Assembly: GCA_963841915.1 (NCBI GenBank)
Contig: CAWJEN010000006.1
Span: forward strand, 1,312,001 to 1,376,000
Length of the DNA stretch: 64,000 nt
Source: an uncultured Planctomycetota bacterium
GTDB taxonomy: Bacteria; Planctomycetota; Phycisphaerae; Tepidisphaerales; Tepidisphaeraceae
Direction: 5' to 3'
Shown: piece by piece, positions 10,595 to 22,342 of the stretch
Position numbering within the stretch: position 1 is the stretch's first letter
How the letters are laid out: every line of letters starts with the position of its first letter
Notes under the pieces: model-generated
Told to the model about the DNA's origin: nothing
What the model saw: the letters and a program-made list of their open reading frames with translations, nothing else
Database searches by the model: none
Position numbers and translations under genes: made by a program

Positions 10595-13500
10595 TCAGCG
10601 ACGCCGACGCAGCATCATGCCGCTTGCAAGAAGGAGCGACATCGACGCCTGCTCCGGAACGGTGGCGGCCCAGGCATCCATCAGTGCCAGCTGACCCGCC
10701 GGTGCAGCAGCGAAGCTTCCTCCGAGCGTGCTGCCGAAGTTCGCACGGAGAATGGCAAAGTCGAGAATGGAGATCGTGCCGTCGCCGTTGAAGTCAGCAC
10801 CGCTGCGGCCGGTCGTGCCGAAGTCGCCGCGCAGGATGGCGAAGTCGAGAATGCTGACCGTGCCGTCGAAGTTAGCGTCGCCGTCGAGCAGGCGGACCGG
10901 CAACAGCGTGGTGACGGCGTTGCCATACACCACATTGTAAGCGAGGCCGATCAGCGAGCCGCCGGCAACGATGTCTGCAAACGTGCCCGTGGACGAGGCA
11001 TGAGTTGCGATGTCGAACAGGTCGCCGGGCAGCGGCTGGAAGTTATCGATGGCAACGACGTTCAGGGAGCCGTCGAGGAGCAAATCGCCCAAGATCTCCA
11101 GACGATCGAATGCACCGAACGCGAGGCCACCGAGTTCGATTTCGAGGATGTTCGTTTCGGCGAAGACGACGTCGCCTTCGAACCTGATGATGCCGGGGCT
11201 GTTGCCGGGCGCGTACCCGCCAGCGAAGATGGCGGCGCCGGGTCCGAACAGGAAGCCGGGGCCGCTGACGAGATCGTTGAACCGCGTAGAGCCGATGTAG
11301 GTCGAATCTCCAATCAATTCGACAGGTCCGGAAACCTGCCTGGTGCCGTTTGGTGAGATAAAGACAATGTCGCTGAACGCCTCAACGACCGTCCGACCGG
11401 CGCTGTAACCGCCGATGATCGTCAGTTCGGCACCCGGCTGAACAATGACGACGTTGGTGACCTCCAGAGTTTGATCCTGCGTGAAGGTCGCGGTCGGGCC
11501 GAACAGGCCGTTCGTGCCGATGACAAGGTCGCTATCGGTCAGAGCGAACGTGCCGCGGTCGAAGTCGACGTTGCCGAGGCTTCGTCGCGTTGATCCGTCC
11601 GACTTCGAACCGCCCGCCGTCGACTCGAAAGTAGAGTTGAAAGCATGGCGAGTTCATGGATAGTCGAGCGTCTGACCGTCGGTGAGCGTGCGTTCGTTGC
11701 CGACGACGAGATCGAGAGTGGCGGGCGTCAGCGTCTGCCCGGCGGGGTTGGCGAAGCGGACGGTGCCGGCGTTGAAGTTGAAGGTGCCGCCGGCGAGGGT
11801 GAGGTCGCCGAGCTCGATCGTCCCGCCGTTGACGTTGATGGTGCCGTTCTGGCGAAGGCTGAGCAGGCCATCGGTGTCGACGGTGCCGTTGTCTTCGATG
11901 TTGAGGATGCCGAAGCCACTAGCAGTGCCGGGGCCGATGAAGAGCGCGTGTCGATATCCCATCGCGCCGGCAGGCCGGGCCCGCCGATGGTGGCCTCGCC
12001 GCGGTCGTTGTTGAAGCGTCCGACGAAGCCGAGGTTGCCGGTCTCGACGCGTCCGCCGTCGCGGACGAAGAGGTCGCCCTGACCGTTGACCGAGCCTGTG
12101 GCGGCGACGGAGAAGTCACCGCCGGTCTGGAAGAGTGAGCCGGCGTCTTCGACCGTCAGGCTGCCGTTGCCGGAGTTCTCTGCACCGATTTCGGCGAAAA
12201 CGTCGAGCAGGATCTGCCCGCCGTTGCGAACCGTGACATCGGCGACCGTGCCGAGGTAGACGGCGACGTTCATCTCCTTACCTTGCACGATGCCGCCGTC
12301 GACCATGAGCGTTGCGTGACTGTTGACTTGCTCTGCGATGCTGATGCGTTGGGTGGTCGTCAGAAGCCCACCATCCGAGACGGTGACCGTCGTCGAGTAC
12401 GGCGCTGCTCCCGCCGAAGTGGCCGAGGATCATCCGGCCCATTCCTTTGATAGTCGAGCGTGCTGCCGGAACCGGTGACGGTGAGGCTCGATCCATCGCT
12501 GGTACTTTCGTCTGCGACGACGAAGCTGTACCGCCACCAACATTGATGTCGTCGACAAGCGCACCGTCGGAGACTGTACAGGCTGCCGACGCCGGTATCG
12601 CCGACGAGGAAGGTGCCGTTGATATCGGCCGTGGTGTCGGTGCCGGCGACGGTCATCGTGCCGCTGCTGCCGTAGCCCAGGAGGATGCCATTGGAGGTGA
12701 AGTCGGAGCCGTTGGTCACATTGACCGTGCCGGTGCCACCGAAGCCGACGAGCGTGAGATCAGCGGTCGTGCTGAACGTGGCGTCGTCGACGTTGATCGT
12801 GCCGATGGCGTTGGCTCCGTCGCCGAACAGCACGTCCGGCGGTGCTCAAGCTGGCACCCGAGTTGACGTTGATCGTGCCGGTGCCGGCCGTGTCGTTGCT
12901 CGATCCGCCGATCCAGACCTCCGCCGTTCCGGTGGTCGCAAATCTCCACCGTCGTGATGTCCAGCGTCGCCTCACTGCCGGGGTCGTCGCCGAGCGTGAC
13001 GGCGACGCCCGTCGGCTGATCGAAGGTGGCACTTGCCACGTTGCTCACCGTCATGAACGCGACGCTGCCGGCACCGCCGTTGTTGTTGCCGGCGAAGAGT
13101 TCGGTGCCAGTTAGCGTCGTGCCTGCACCATCAATGAGGACGGTGCCGGCACCGCCTTCAAGCAGGCTGATCTGCAGGTCTTCCAATTCGACGGTGCTTC
13201 CGCTCGTTGAGAATCTGGAGGCTTCCCTGGCTTTCGACGCCGACCGCGATGTTGTTCGCGTTTAGGGTGACCTCGTTGAGGACGTCGAGCTCGCCCTTGG
13301 CCCCTTGGCCGACGAAGATGTTGGCAGAGCTTGCCGTGGCGGACGCACAGGCGACGACCATGCGGTTGTGGAGCGTGTTGGCGACGTTTCGGCCGATGGT
13401 GATGTCGCCGTCGAGGACAGCCGACCGGTGCAGCCTGTTGCCGGCGAGGTCTTGGCCGATGCGGAGGGTGCCGCGCCCGACGTCGCCGACGAAGAGGTTG

Positions 13501-14587
13501 TCGTCGACGATGAGGGACGAGGCGTCCGCCCCGCTGCCGAAGACCGCGACGCTGCCGTCGCCGGTGGTGCCGACGCCGATGACGACGTCGCCGTTGAGTG
13601 TGCCAGAATTAACCGCGCCGACAGGCCGCCCGCCTCGACCGAAAGCGTGCAGTTGCACGCTCGAGACCGACATGCAGGCCGACGCAAACGCCGCTGCAAA
13701 CCGTCGCCGTTGACGACGGCGGTGCCGGTGGATCCGGCCTGGACGGCGATGATCCCGTCCGGCGAGCTGCCGATGTCGGCGTTGAGGGAGCCGCCGTTGG
13801 TGATGTTGAGACCGCGCACTCCGAACCCGACGAAGTGGTCCTCAGCCCGGACAATCGAGCCGACGCCGTCGACGCTGAGCGTGCCCGAAGGACCTGCCGG
13901 CGTTGACGCCGAGCTCGATGTCGGGGACGCCGATCGCGTTGTTGATCGTCGGATTCACCTGGGCGAACCCGCCGTTGGTGACGTTGAGCGTGCCGGTGCC
14001 CTCGCGGCCGATGAAGATGCCTTCGCCGTTGGAGCTGCCGTCGGCGAAGAGCAGGCTGCCGACGCCGTCGACGTCGATGACGCCTTCTGAGCCGACCGCT
14101 TCGCCGATGACGACGTTGAGCCCGCGGAACGTCGAGCCTCCCGTGAGCGACAGCGTGCCGCGGCCCTGGTTGCCGACGGTCATCGAGCCGACGCTGTCCC
14201 ACGCGACGCCGCTCGTCAGCGACAGATTCGCCCCGCTCGTGAGATTCAGCGCCGTCGCGTCGTCGATGAGCACGACGCCCTCGGTGTCGAGAACCGACCC
14301 GCCGATGCCGGTGAAGTCCCAGTTTCCGCCGAGAAGGCTGACGTTGTTGGCGTTGCTGGGCGCGCCGATGATGACGGTCGTCAGCGTGCCAGTTGCCGCG
14401 TCGAAGAAGACGTTGTCGAGTCGGTGGGCGTTTGATTCGGATCCCAGTTGCCCGCCGTGTTCCACGGCAGGAACGCCCCGCCCGTCCGCCGTCCCACGTC
14501 AGGTCCTGCGCAGTACGTGGGCGGAGCTTGGCCACAAGCGGCACCGCCACCGCGACGGCGGCGGCAAGGAGATGACGGGTTCGACAT
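10595..14587 (-). CDS. large secreted beta-strand repeat protein (T5SS/PEP-CTERM-associated repeats) with dockerin-like domain and PEP-CTERM sorting signal; heavily frameshifted
   Basis: Fragments in alternating frames with Gly/Thr-rich repeats (VG..GTGTLNVTNGG, G.G.SS); GGYAPGNSPG; duplicated GD.NFDGTVSILDFAILR..FG; C-terminus VPEQASMSLLLASGMMLRRRR; signal-peptide-like RHLLAAAVAVAVPLVA near 14580. Confidence 0.8.
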
Positions 14588-15234
14588 CGATCGGCGACAG
14601 GTGATGCATGGCAGCGGGTGGAGTTCGGTGGTTTCAACAACAACAACGCGTGTGGTTCGCGTTCCGCCTCCTTTTAAACAAGTCGCAATCATACAACGCG
14701 CAGGGGTTTGCTGCGGGAGCTGACGCAATGTTTGGGCTGTGTCGGGCGAGAGTATGGGCTGGCCCGGCGCACGCAGCCCGCCAAGCACCTGATTTGCCGT
14801 GCGGCCTTTCCAGTGAGCTTGTTGAAATGCTTCAGGTGCGTTGCCTTCTGGATGACAATCGACTCATCAGCACCATCATTTTGCCTGCACGTCAGCCGAC
14901 CGCGACGTCGCCATCAAGCTCGACCCGCCGATGTTCCTCATGCAGGGCACCGACGCCGCATCCCCTGCCCTCGCCTGGCCGTTCCGCACCATCAACGCAA
15001 CGCTTGCCGACACGGGCGACTTCTCCGATCGCCACGACGACCAGCTGTACCCCACCGTGGTCTGCGTCGGCTTCCGTTGCTGGTGCACGACGTCGCTCGT
15101 TTCCGCGTCCATGGCCCACACGTCGGCGGAGGGTCGGCGTCACTTGAACGCGGGCCGCGGACCGGGCCAGTTCCGATACAAAGGGCGGGTTTCCAGACAG
15201 ACAACGATCCCAGGGAATCCCTGGAAACTTTCCC

Positions 15235-15472
15235 GGATACCTTTGGAAGTTCCAAAGGCATGTTTCCAACTTCAAAGGCATGTTTAGAAGTTCCCAGGGC
15301 ATGTTTGGAAGTTCCCCGGGGCATGTTTCCAAGACGTAAGGGCATGTTTCCAAAGCTCAAGGGCATCTTTGAAAGCCGTCAGGGCATGTTTTGAAGTTAA
15401 GGGCATGACGTCAGAGGCTCAAGGGCATCTTTGGAAGTCTTACGGGCATCCCAGAACCGTTCAGGGGCATGC
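15235..15472. repeat. tandem array of about 12 degenerate 21-bp units, consensus approx. GGGCATGTTTGGAAGTTCCAA
   Basis: GGCAT at 15257, 15277, 15298, 15320, 15341, 15362, 15383, 15402, 15424, 15445 and 15466 (spacing 19-22, mostly 21), plus a degenerate unit at 15235. Confidence 0.9.
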
Positions 15473-15578
15473 GAGACGGGCCGCCGGGCAGTCGCAGGAC
15501 GGCGTCGTAACGCCGGGACGACGGCTGCTACGACGCCACGACGTAGACCGGCTGCAGCGAAATTGATGAGCAGGTCGA

Positions 15579-18500
15579 TCAAGGCCTAGATGTTTCGTGC
15601 GAGGAAAAACGCCAAGAAGCGGGCTGAGATTCGTCACGACCTTGTACCTGGCCGGGTTCTCGACGCCGTTGCCGATCGCCGCGAAGTGGGCGCAGGCCGC
15701 ACTTGATCTTCCAGGTTCTCTCGGCCGCACAGATCGCGATCGAAGAAGGCCGCCCTTCGTCTCGGCCACGAAGTAGAGCCGCTCCTCCCCCTCGTGCTCC
15801 ACGACGACCAGCCAGTCCGGCTCGTAGCGACCCAGCGGCGTGGGCACCCAAAACGTCTTGGGCGGCGCGTAGAGCTTTACTTGGCGGTCGGCCGCCTTGA
15901 GCTCCGCCAGGAACGACCGCTCGACGTCGCTGTCGGACGCGCACCCGAGTACAGTTTTACACAACGGTCGTCCGCCTGCACGAGCTGCTTCAGGTCGGCC
16001 TCGTCCTCCTTGCTCAGCAGGTCCTGCACCACATCGAGCCCGTCCGCTCGTACTGAATGCCGCTCACCATCAGCTTCTGCTTCTGTTCCTCAATCGTGTC
16101 GCCGACGAGCTTGATCACCGCCTGCGGGTTGTACTCCAGCTTGCCCGCCATCTTGCTCTGAATGATCACGTCGGCCACCGTCCGCCGCGTCCGTCCGCTC
16201 CTGCAGCAGGCCCAGTACGTCCGGCACCGCCGCCGCCCACTACGTAACTGGAATCGTCCGCACCTCGCGTTCATCTTCCCCTCGGCGTATTGCCGCCGCT
16301 CATGCCGATGCGGTTCCGTCTCCCAGATGATCCGCGCCGCTTCGACGTCGCGGTTCGCCAGCGACGCCACGCACTTCTTGACGAGCTGGTCGGAGTCAGG
16401 AAGAAGTCGACGCGGTACGTCGTCCGGTCCCGCACCCGCTCCCACAGCGACCGAAACGCCTCCGTGTCGATGACGGCCCGCTGCGGCCGGATCGCCTGCG
16501 GCTTTGTGTCGGCGTTGCGCACCTCGAGGTGACGCCCCGCCCGCTCGCGCAGGAACGCGACCACCCTCGCTGCGTCGACGTCGTGCCCCTCGGGCACCGT
16601 CACGACGTCGTTGTTCAGGTCGTCCTTCAGCTTGTCGGTCACGTCGCCCTTGCCGTCGAGGTAGCCGGCGGCCTGCAGATCGGCCCACAGCGACTCGCTC
16701 GCCGCCTGCCCGATCATGTCGCCGGCGGCGTTCTCCAGACGGGCGAACTCGTGCGACTCGACGCGCTGGAAGACGACGCCCGTGCCCTCCTCGGGGTGCT
16801 CGTACTCGCCCTGCAGCCGCGTCGCGAACTGCTCGTAGCTCTCGCCCGCGATCACCGTCAGCACGTTCACGGTCCTCGTCGCGCACGCGGTCGCCGTCCT
16901 CGTCGACGCACATCCGCAGACCGCGACCGAGGGTCTGGCGCGCGCTGTCGCTCGGTGCCCATCGCGCGGAGGCTACAGATCTGGAAGACGTTGGGGTTGT
17001 CCCACCCCTCGCGAAGGGCAGAGTGACTGAAGATGAATTTCAGCGGCTCGTCCGCAGGCCCAGCAGCCCCTCCTTCGCCTCCATGATCAGGTCGTACGCC
17101 TCCTTCTCGCCTCGCGGGGCTTCGCTGCTTTGCGGCTTGCCGCTGTTCGGCGGAAAATCGTCGTAGAGGCCGCGCCCTTCGCGTCCGTCTTGGCCTTGTC
17201 GGGGGCGAAGTACCCGTCGTGCACCGCCTCCGCCGCCGTCTCGCGGGATGCCCTCGAAGAGCGTCTGGTACTTGGGGTCCTGCTTCTTCCGCGTCGGTAG
17301 ATCTTCTCGAACATCGTCGACCGGCCCGGTATCGGGTTGCCGTTCTCGGCCGTACTCCCGGTAGTCGCCCACGCTGTCCAGGAAGAACAGCGACAGGACC
17401 TTGATCCCCATCGGGCGTCGGATCAGCTCCTTGTCCAGGTGGGCCGTCACGGCCCGTTCGATGAGCTCCCGGTGAAGCTGTTCGGGTCGATCCCGCCGTG
17501 CGTTTCGCCACGCCGAAGCCAGGCCTCGTCTGGCCCGGCGGCCCGTAGCTCGACCAGTCTGCTCGGCCGCCTTGCCGCCGCGGATCTCGCCAAGGCGAAC
17601 GTCCCGGTAAACGTCCCGGCCGGTCGTTTGTTCGAGGTTCTCGTTGCCGGTGAGGATCTTCTCGCTCTCGCCTGACGCCACCCCCCGGCCGCGCCACCTC
17701 CAGCTCCAACGTCGCCCGCGGGCCGCTGCCCTTCGCGTCTGGACCTTCACCAGCTTCACGTACGGCTTGTTGTGCGCCGCCTTGGCCACCGCCGCGGCGA
17801 CTTCGATCCGCTTGACCAGCCGACGCTGGAACGCATCGACGGCATCAAGCCGGTACACCTCGTGAACCTTCCGCAGGTGCGTCGCCGAGTACCTCAGAAC
17901 CGCCAGCGGGTTCAGCCCCCGGATCGCCTTGGCACCGACGCCGTCCTCGCCGCCCTCGACGCTTTGCGGCTCGTCGACGATCACAACCGGGTTCGTCCCC
18001 GGATCAGGTCGATCGGCCGGTCGCCCCCGGTCTTTTCGTGCTCCTGGTACGCAACCCGGCTCGGGTCCGGGTAGATCGACTGGACCGTCGTCACCAGGAT
18101 CCGCACGTTCCGGCTGACCGCAAAGTCGCGCACCCGCGACAGGTCGGCCCCGTCGTACTCGTGGTGCTCCATCGCCACGCCGTCGTAGAGCGAGCGGAAG
18201 TGGTCCCGCGTGATCTGAAGGCTCTTGAGCACGCCTTGCTTGATCGCCACCGACGGCACGACGATCACGAACTTCGTCCACCCGTATCGCTTGTGCAGCT
18301 CCAACGCCGTCCGCAGGTACACGTACGTTTTGCCCGTGCCGGTCTCCATCTCCACGGCGAAGTCCATCGCGTCGAGCCGGTCGTCCTGCCTTAGACCGTT
18401 GCGGAGCTGAACGGCCCGCAGGTTCTCCAGCAGCTCCTCAACGGGCAGCCGAAGCACGTTGGCGTAGCCGCTGTCGGGCGTGTCGAACATCCGCCCCTGC

Positions 18501-18634
18501 GCCGCCTCCACGCCCACCTTCGGTGCCGCCACCGTGAACAGCGACTCACCCACCTCCTGACCCGTGAACAGGTCGCACACCGCGTTGATCGCGTCCTGCT
18601 GGTAGTCGAGATTCGGCTCGAACTGCAACTTCAT
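15579..18634 (-). CDS. res: type III restriction-modification endonuclease/helicase subunit (multiple frameshifts; 3' end approximate)
   Basis: [63 protein letters not shown], and C-terminal [18 protein letters not shown]. Confidence 0.92.
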
Positions 18635-18684
18635 GATAATTCCCGTTCTACCAGAGCTCGCAAAGTAGTTGCAACTTGACCACC

Positions 18685-19218
18685 TTACCTGCCGGATTCG
18701 TCTCGCTTTGGGAACAACCAGCGGGCGACGACGACGAACAGACCGACAACCGTAGCGGTGGTTTGAACCAGTAAGGCCACCATCACCGTGTCAGACACCT
18801 CCAGATCGAGATGCCACTGTGTGTGGTCACTTTTCCAACGCACCGGGGGTATTGACGCAATGATCAGAATGATGGCGACGAAAATGAGCCAGTTCTTGAC
18901 GAAGTTGTAGAGCTTCGGGACATACTCTTTGCGAAGCTCAAAATCGTGCTGCACCGCCTTGAGCACTTGGCCACGCCGCTCGGCCAGGTACTCGTCTTGC
19001 GACTTCTGTAAAAAACCCTGCACTTCATCTTCGGCGCCAGGTCTCGGGACGGCCGCCAGCGGCTCGTCGATGATCTCCTCGAAGTCGTCGTACGAATCGT
19101 GGATGGGAACGATGACCTGGTCGAGCCACGGGTCTTCAGGAGGCGGCACATCGTCAACGTCGCCCGGGACATCCGGCACAGCGTCAGGTCCGGGTTGAGG
19201 TACTTTCGAATCGTCCAT
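18685..19218 (-). CDS. membrane protein with acidic N-terminus and two TM helices; putative toxin partner of Panacea
   Basis: 177 aa; TMs WLIFVAIILIIASI and VSDTVMVALLVQTTATVVGLFVVVARWLF; directly downstream of the Panacea gene. Confidence 0.7.
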   Translation of the reverse strand: MDDSKVPQPGPDAVPDVPGDVDDVPPPEDPWLDQVIVPIHDSYDDFEEIIDEPLAAVPRPGAEDEVQGFLQKSQDEYLAERRGQVLKAVQHDFELRKEYVPKLYNFVKNWLIFVAIILIIASIPPVRWKSDHTQWHLDLEVSDTVMVALLVQTTATVVGLFVVVARWLFPKRDESGR

Positions 19219-19229
19219 CTACTCCGCAT

Positions 19230-19767
19230 CTACGCCGTCGGCTTCAAGCTCGCCTCTTCCTTAGCTTGACGGCTCTCGAAGTTGACGCGAGCCTTCTGCT
19301 CGTAGTACTGCCGGATCATGTCGTTGTCGATGACAAGCGGCGTTCCGTGACGGGCGCTGTGGCGCAGGTTTCTTGCCACGGCGAACCCTCTTGATGCGTC
19401 AGGCTGATGAACTCGCCCCGGAGTACTTCCGGTAGTTGTGCCATACTGCGGCCAGCAACTTCTTCTGCCGATGATCGCCTTCAAAAGCCGGCACAATCCT
19501 GCCGGCAGCGGGCCCGATGTCATCACGGGCTCGATCCGTAATCGGACTTCTCCCGTACTTGCGAAATGTGCGGTACAAGCTCCGGATGACAGGCCCATGC
19601 TTCCACGCCTCGACGGGTTCCTCCAGCAGCGGATCCTGAAGAAGTCCGAGGTGCCAACCGTGGGCGATGTAGACCAGCTTAATGACGTCGAGCATCGTCA
19701 GCGACCGACCCTCGCGGTCGGCCGCGTAGAGAAACCAGTTCGCTAATTCAAGGCTCCGTCGCACCAT
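19230..19767 (-). CDS. Panacea/SocA-like (DUF4065) antitoxin (frameshifted near 19400)
   Basis: LANWFL..LTMLDVIKLVYIAHGWHL..EAWKHGPVIRSLY; then LTHQEGSPW..IDNDMIRQYY in shifted frames. Confidence 0.88.
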
Positions 19768-19827
19768 GGCCGCGTCTCCGTGTGAGCCTAGGCGACAGGT
19801 TGTCCACCATCCGCCGCGTGTGCTCGA

Positions 19828-21825
19828 TCAGAGGCTCAGCACGCGCACGTCGTTGGTCTCGCCGTCCGCCCGCTTCTCGCGGGCGAGGGCTTGGCGGAGG
19901 TTTTCGACAAGGTTCACCTTCGCCGCGTCGCTCCCGGCAAAGGCGGCGTCCAGCAGGAGCACGGTGACGGTGCCGGCGGGCTGCCACTTACCGATCAGGT
20001 CGGCCAAGCCCGTGGCCAGCGTCTCGCCGCTTTGCAGGGTGATCGTCGTGTCATCGAAGGAAGCGACCACTGAGCCGCCGCCCGCAACGAACGTGCGCCG
20101 TCCGTCGATCTGACGCTCGTCAACGCGGCCGTCGAGGGGGAGGCCGAGGTTGACGAGCGCCGCCCCACAAGAGGTCCTCGGGCGAGCGGTCGGGCTTGAC
20201 GGCGTCGACGTGGTCCTCGATCAGCCGCTGGCCGTCGCCGGGTTGAAGTTCGTCGGTGGTCGGCGGGTCCCACGCCTTGACGTTGGCCGAGTCGAGCTTG
20301 AAGACGCGGAAGCCGGTGTCGAGCGGCGTGTCCCGGCCGATCAACGTTCCCTCGTGCTCCTTCTTGATCTTCGCCCCCGCCCGCCGCAGACGTTCCTTCG
20401 TGAGGTCGGCGATGGTCGGGTATTCCTCGCGTCCGGTCTTCTCGGGGAGCTGCACGAGCATGTACCGACGGTTCCCGCCGTCAGCGGCATTCTGCTCCAT
20501 CACCGCGTGGCCCGTGGTGCCCGAGCCGGCGAAGAAGTCGGACTGGCGCATTCTTATCATCGTCCTTGACCGCGTTGATGCAATCAACCACAGTCCACAG
20601 ACTCTTTGGAAAGTCAAAGGGCGAATCTGGCACTAAGTCCTTGACGACCTTGGTGCCGTAGACGTTTGCGTCGTATCGCGTTCCAATCCAAACGGTCTTT
20701 TGCGTCGCGAAGTTCTTACCAATTTCTATCGAAAGAAGGTCATCCTCCGACTTCACGCGGAGAAGGTACAATCTCCTCGACAGACTGTCGGGCATATCGC
20801 CACTTCCGTTCAACGCCGTTCCTATCGATTGGGTAGATATGCGTAACGCCATCGACTACTTCATTCGATTTTGGGTGGTTCGCGTCCGGCTCAACTTTCC
20901 CAAACCCAATGATCTCACCGTTCTTGACCAATATCGGATAAAAGCAGTTTTTTGCATCGCCGCGTTCAGACTCCGTTCCCCAGTTTCGGAAACTAGACCA
21001 CGAGATTTCGTCCGAGCTAAGAAGCCTCGGCGATATGCGTCGCTCACCTCGCCGATAAACGAAGTATGCGTATTCGTGCGTCGCAGAGAAATTTGTGCCC
21101 TGCACTCCTCGCGGGTTATGAACTACGGTGACACACGAATGCTCGTAACCACCTTCGTCAAAGACGTCTTTCAGTAGCGCCCGAGATTAACTTGCTCGTT
21201 GTCATCGATCGCACAAATGAGCACGCCGTCCTCGGTAAGAAGCTCACGCGCAAGAAGCAGCCGCGCGTACATCATGTTCAACCATGTGGTGTGATGCCTT
21301 CCGCTTCTCTTCGGATTGGATACGAGTGATGCCTCACCTTCTCGCTGCCCGGTAGCTTCCAGATATGACTTCAGGTTGTCGCTGTAGTTATTCGGATAAA
21401 GCAGGTCGTTTCCAGTGTTATAGGGCGGGTCGATATACACTATCTTGACACGCCCGGCGTAGCTTCTTCTGTAGCAGCTTCAGCACTTCAAGATTGTCGC
21501 CCTCAATAAAGACATTCTTCGCCCGATCCCAATTTACCGACTCATCATGTGCCGGTCGTAGCGATCCAGCTGAAGGAGTCAACGCGAGCCTACGGGATGC
21601 GCTCTTACCATGCCAACTCAAGCCGAAGCCCTCTCGCCCATGCTCGCTGACAGGACTACCGATAAGATCGGCGAGAACCTTCGTGTCAATAACGGGCCCA
21701 TCGCTACTCTCGGACAGCACACCAGGGAAAAACTCCGCAAGCTTTCTGCGGAACTCTGCCTGCAGCTCCGCGCTTCTCGCCAAGCCAGAAGCACCATCTA
21801 CTTTCTCAATATGATCGTCCATCAT
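19828..21825 (-). CDS. mod: type III R-M methyltransferase subunit (frameshifted)
   Basis: FGLSWHGK, NVFIEGDNLEVLKLL, YIDPPYNTGND, WLNMMYARL, FDFPKS, DFFAGSGTTGHAV, TKERLRRAG, DTGFRVFKLDS. Confidence 0.93.
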
Positions 21826-21832
21826 GACTGTC

Positions 21833-22321
21833 TCAAGGAAGCGTGTGCGCCAGAAGTTTGAGCGTGCGCTCGATTACCGTGTTCCTCTCGCCCCCTGCCT
21901 GCTGACTGCCACCGTAGTTCGTTCGCAGATAGGTCTGTGCGATGTTCGCAGCTGAAACTGGCGAGTTAACCTTCGTACCCGGGGGAGTGAGCACGTCGGC
22001 ACCAGACGTCGCAAGTAGCTGAATCATACCTGTCTTCACTCCATCCCAGACGCCATCTCTTGCCTCAGCACTGTGCTTGTCCATGTCTGTTCCGAGACTT
22101 GTCGCTTGCCTAATCAGGGCAAGCTGGTTTGGTTGCTGCCGTATGAACCATATCGCGAGAGGAATCAATGAACGATGGTGGCCATTTAAGTTGTGCCACC
22201 CCAGCCCGCGATCAACGAGTGCTTGGGCGTCTGGAACGTTCTGTTGCGCCAGTCTATCGATGATCAAATGGGTTGCATCGACGAGGGCGTTGTAACGAGG
22301 GTCTTGAGTTAGGTCTGCCAT
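21833..22321 (-). CDS. hypothetical protein (162 aa, lower GC)
   Basis: Intact ORF filling the gap between the DUF4391-like gene and mod on the same strand; no recognisable motif. Confidence 0.75.
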   Translation of the reverse strand: MADLTQDPRYNALVDATHLIIDRLAQQNVPDAQALVDRGLGWHNLNGHHRSLIPLAIWFIRQQPNQLALIRQATSLGTDMDKHSAEARDGVWDGVKTGMIQLLATSGADVLTPPGTKVNSPVSAANIAQTYLRTNYGGSQQAGGERNTVIERTLKLLAHTLP

Positions 22322-22342
22322 GTTGGTGTGCCATTTACAAAG

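Noticed and set aside
14608..15394. ORFs between the PEP-CTERM gene and the 21-bp array
   Set aside because: A frameshifted small gene near 14830-15150 is possible, but no frame gives a recognisable product. ORFs crossing the array only reflect the repeat.
15235..15472. CRISPR array or TIGR-type array
   Set aside because: The period is only ~21 bp, the variable parts resemble each other rather than being unique spacers, there is no alternating two-repeat structure, and no cas or Nop-domain gene is in the window.
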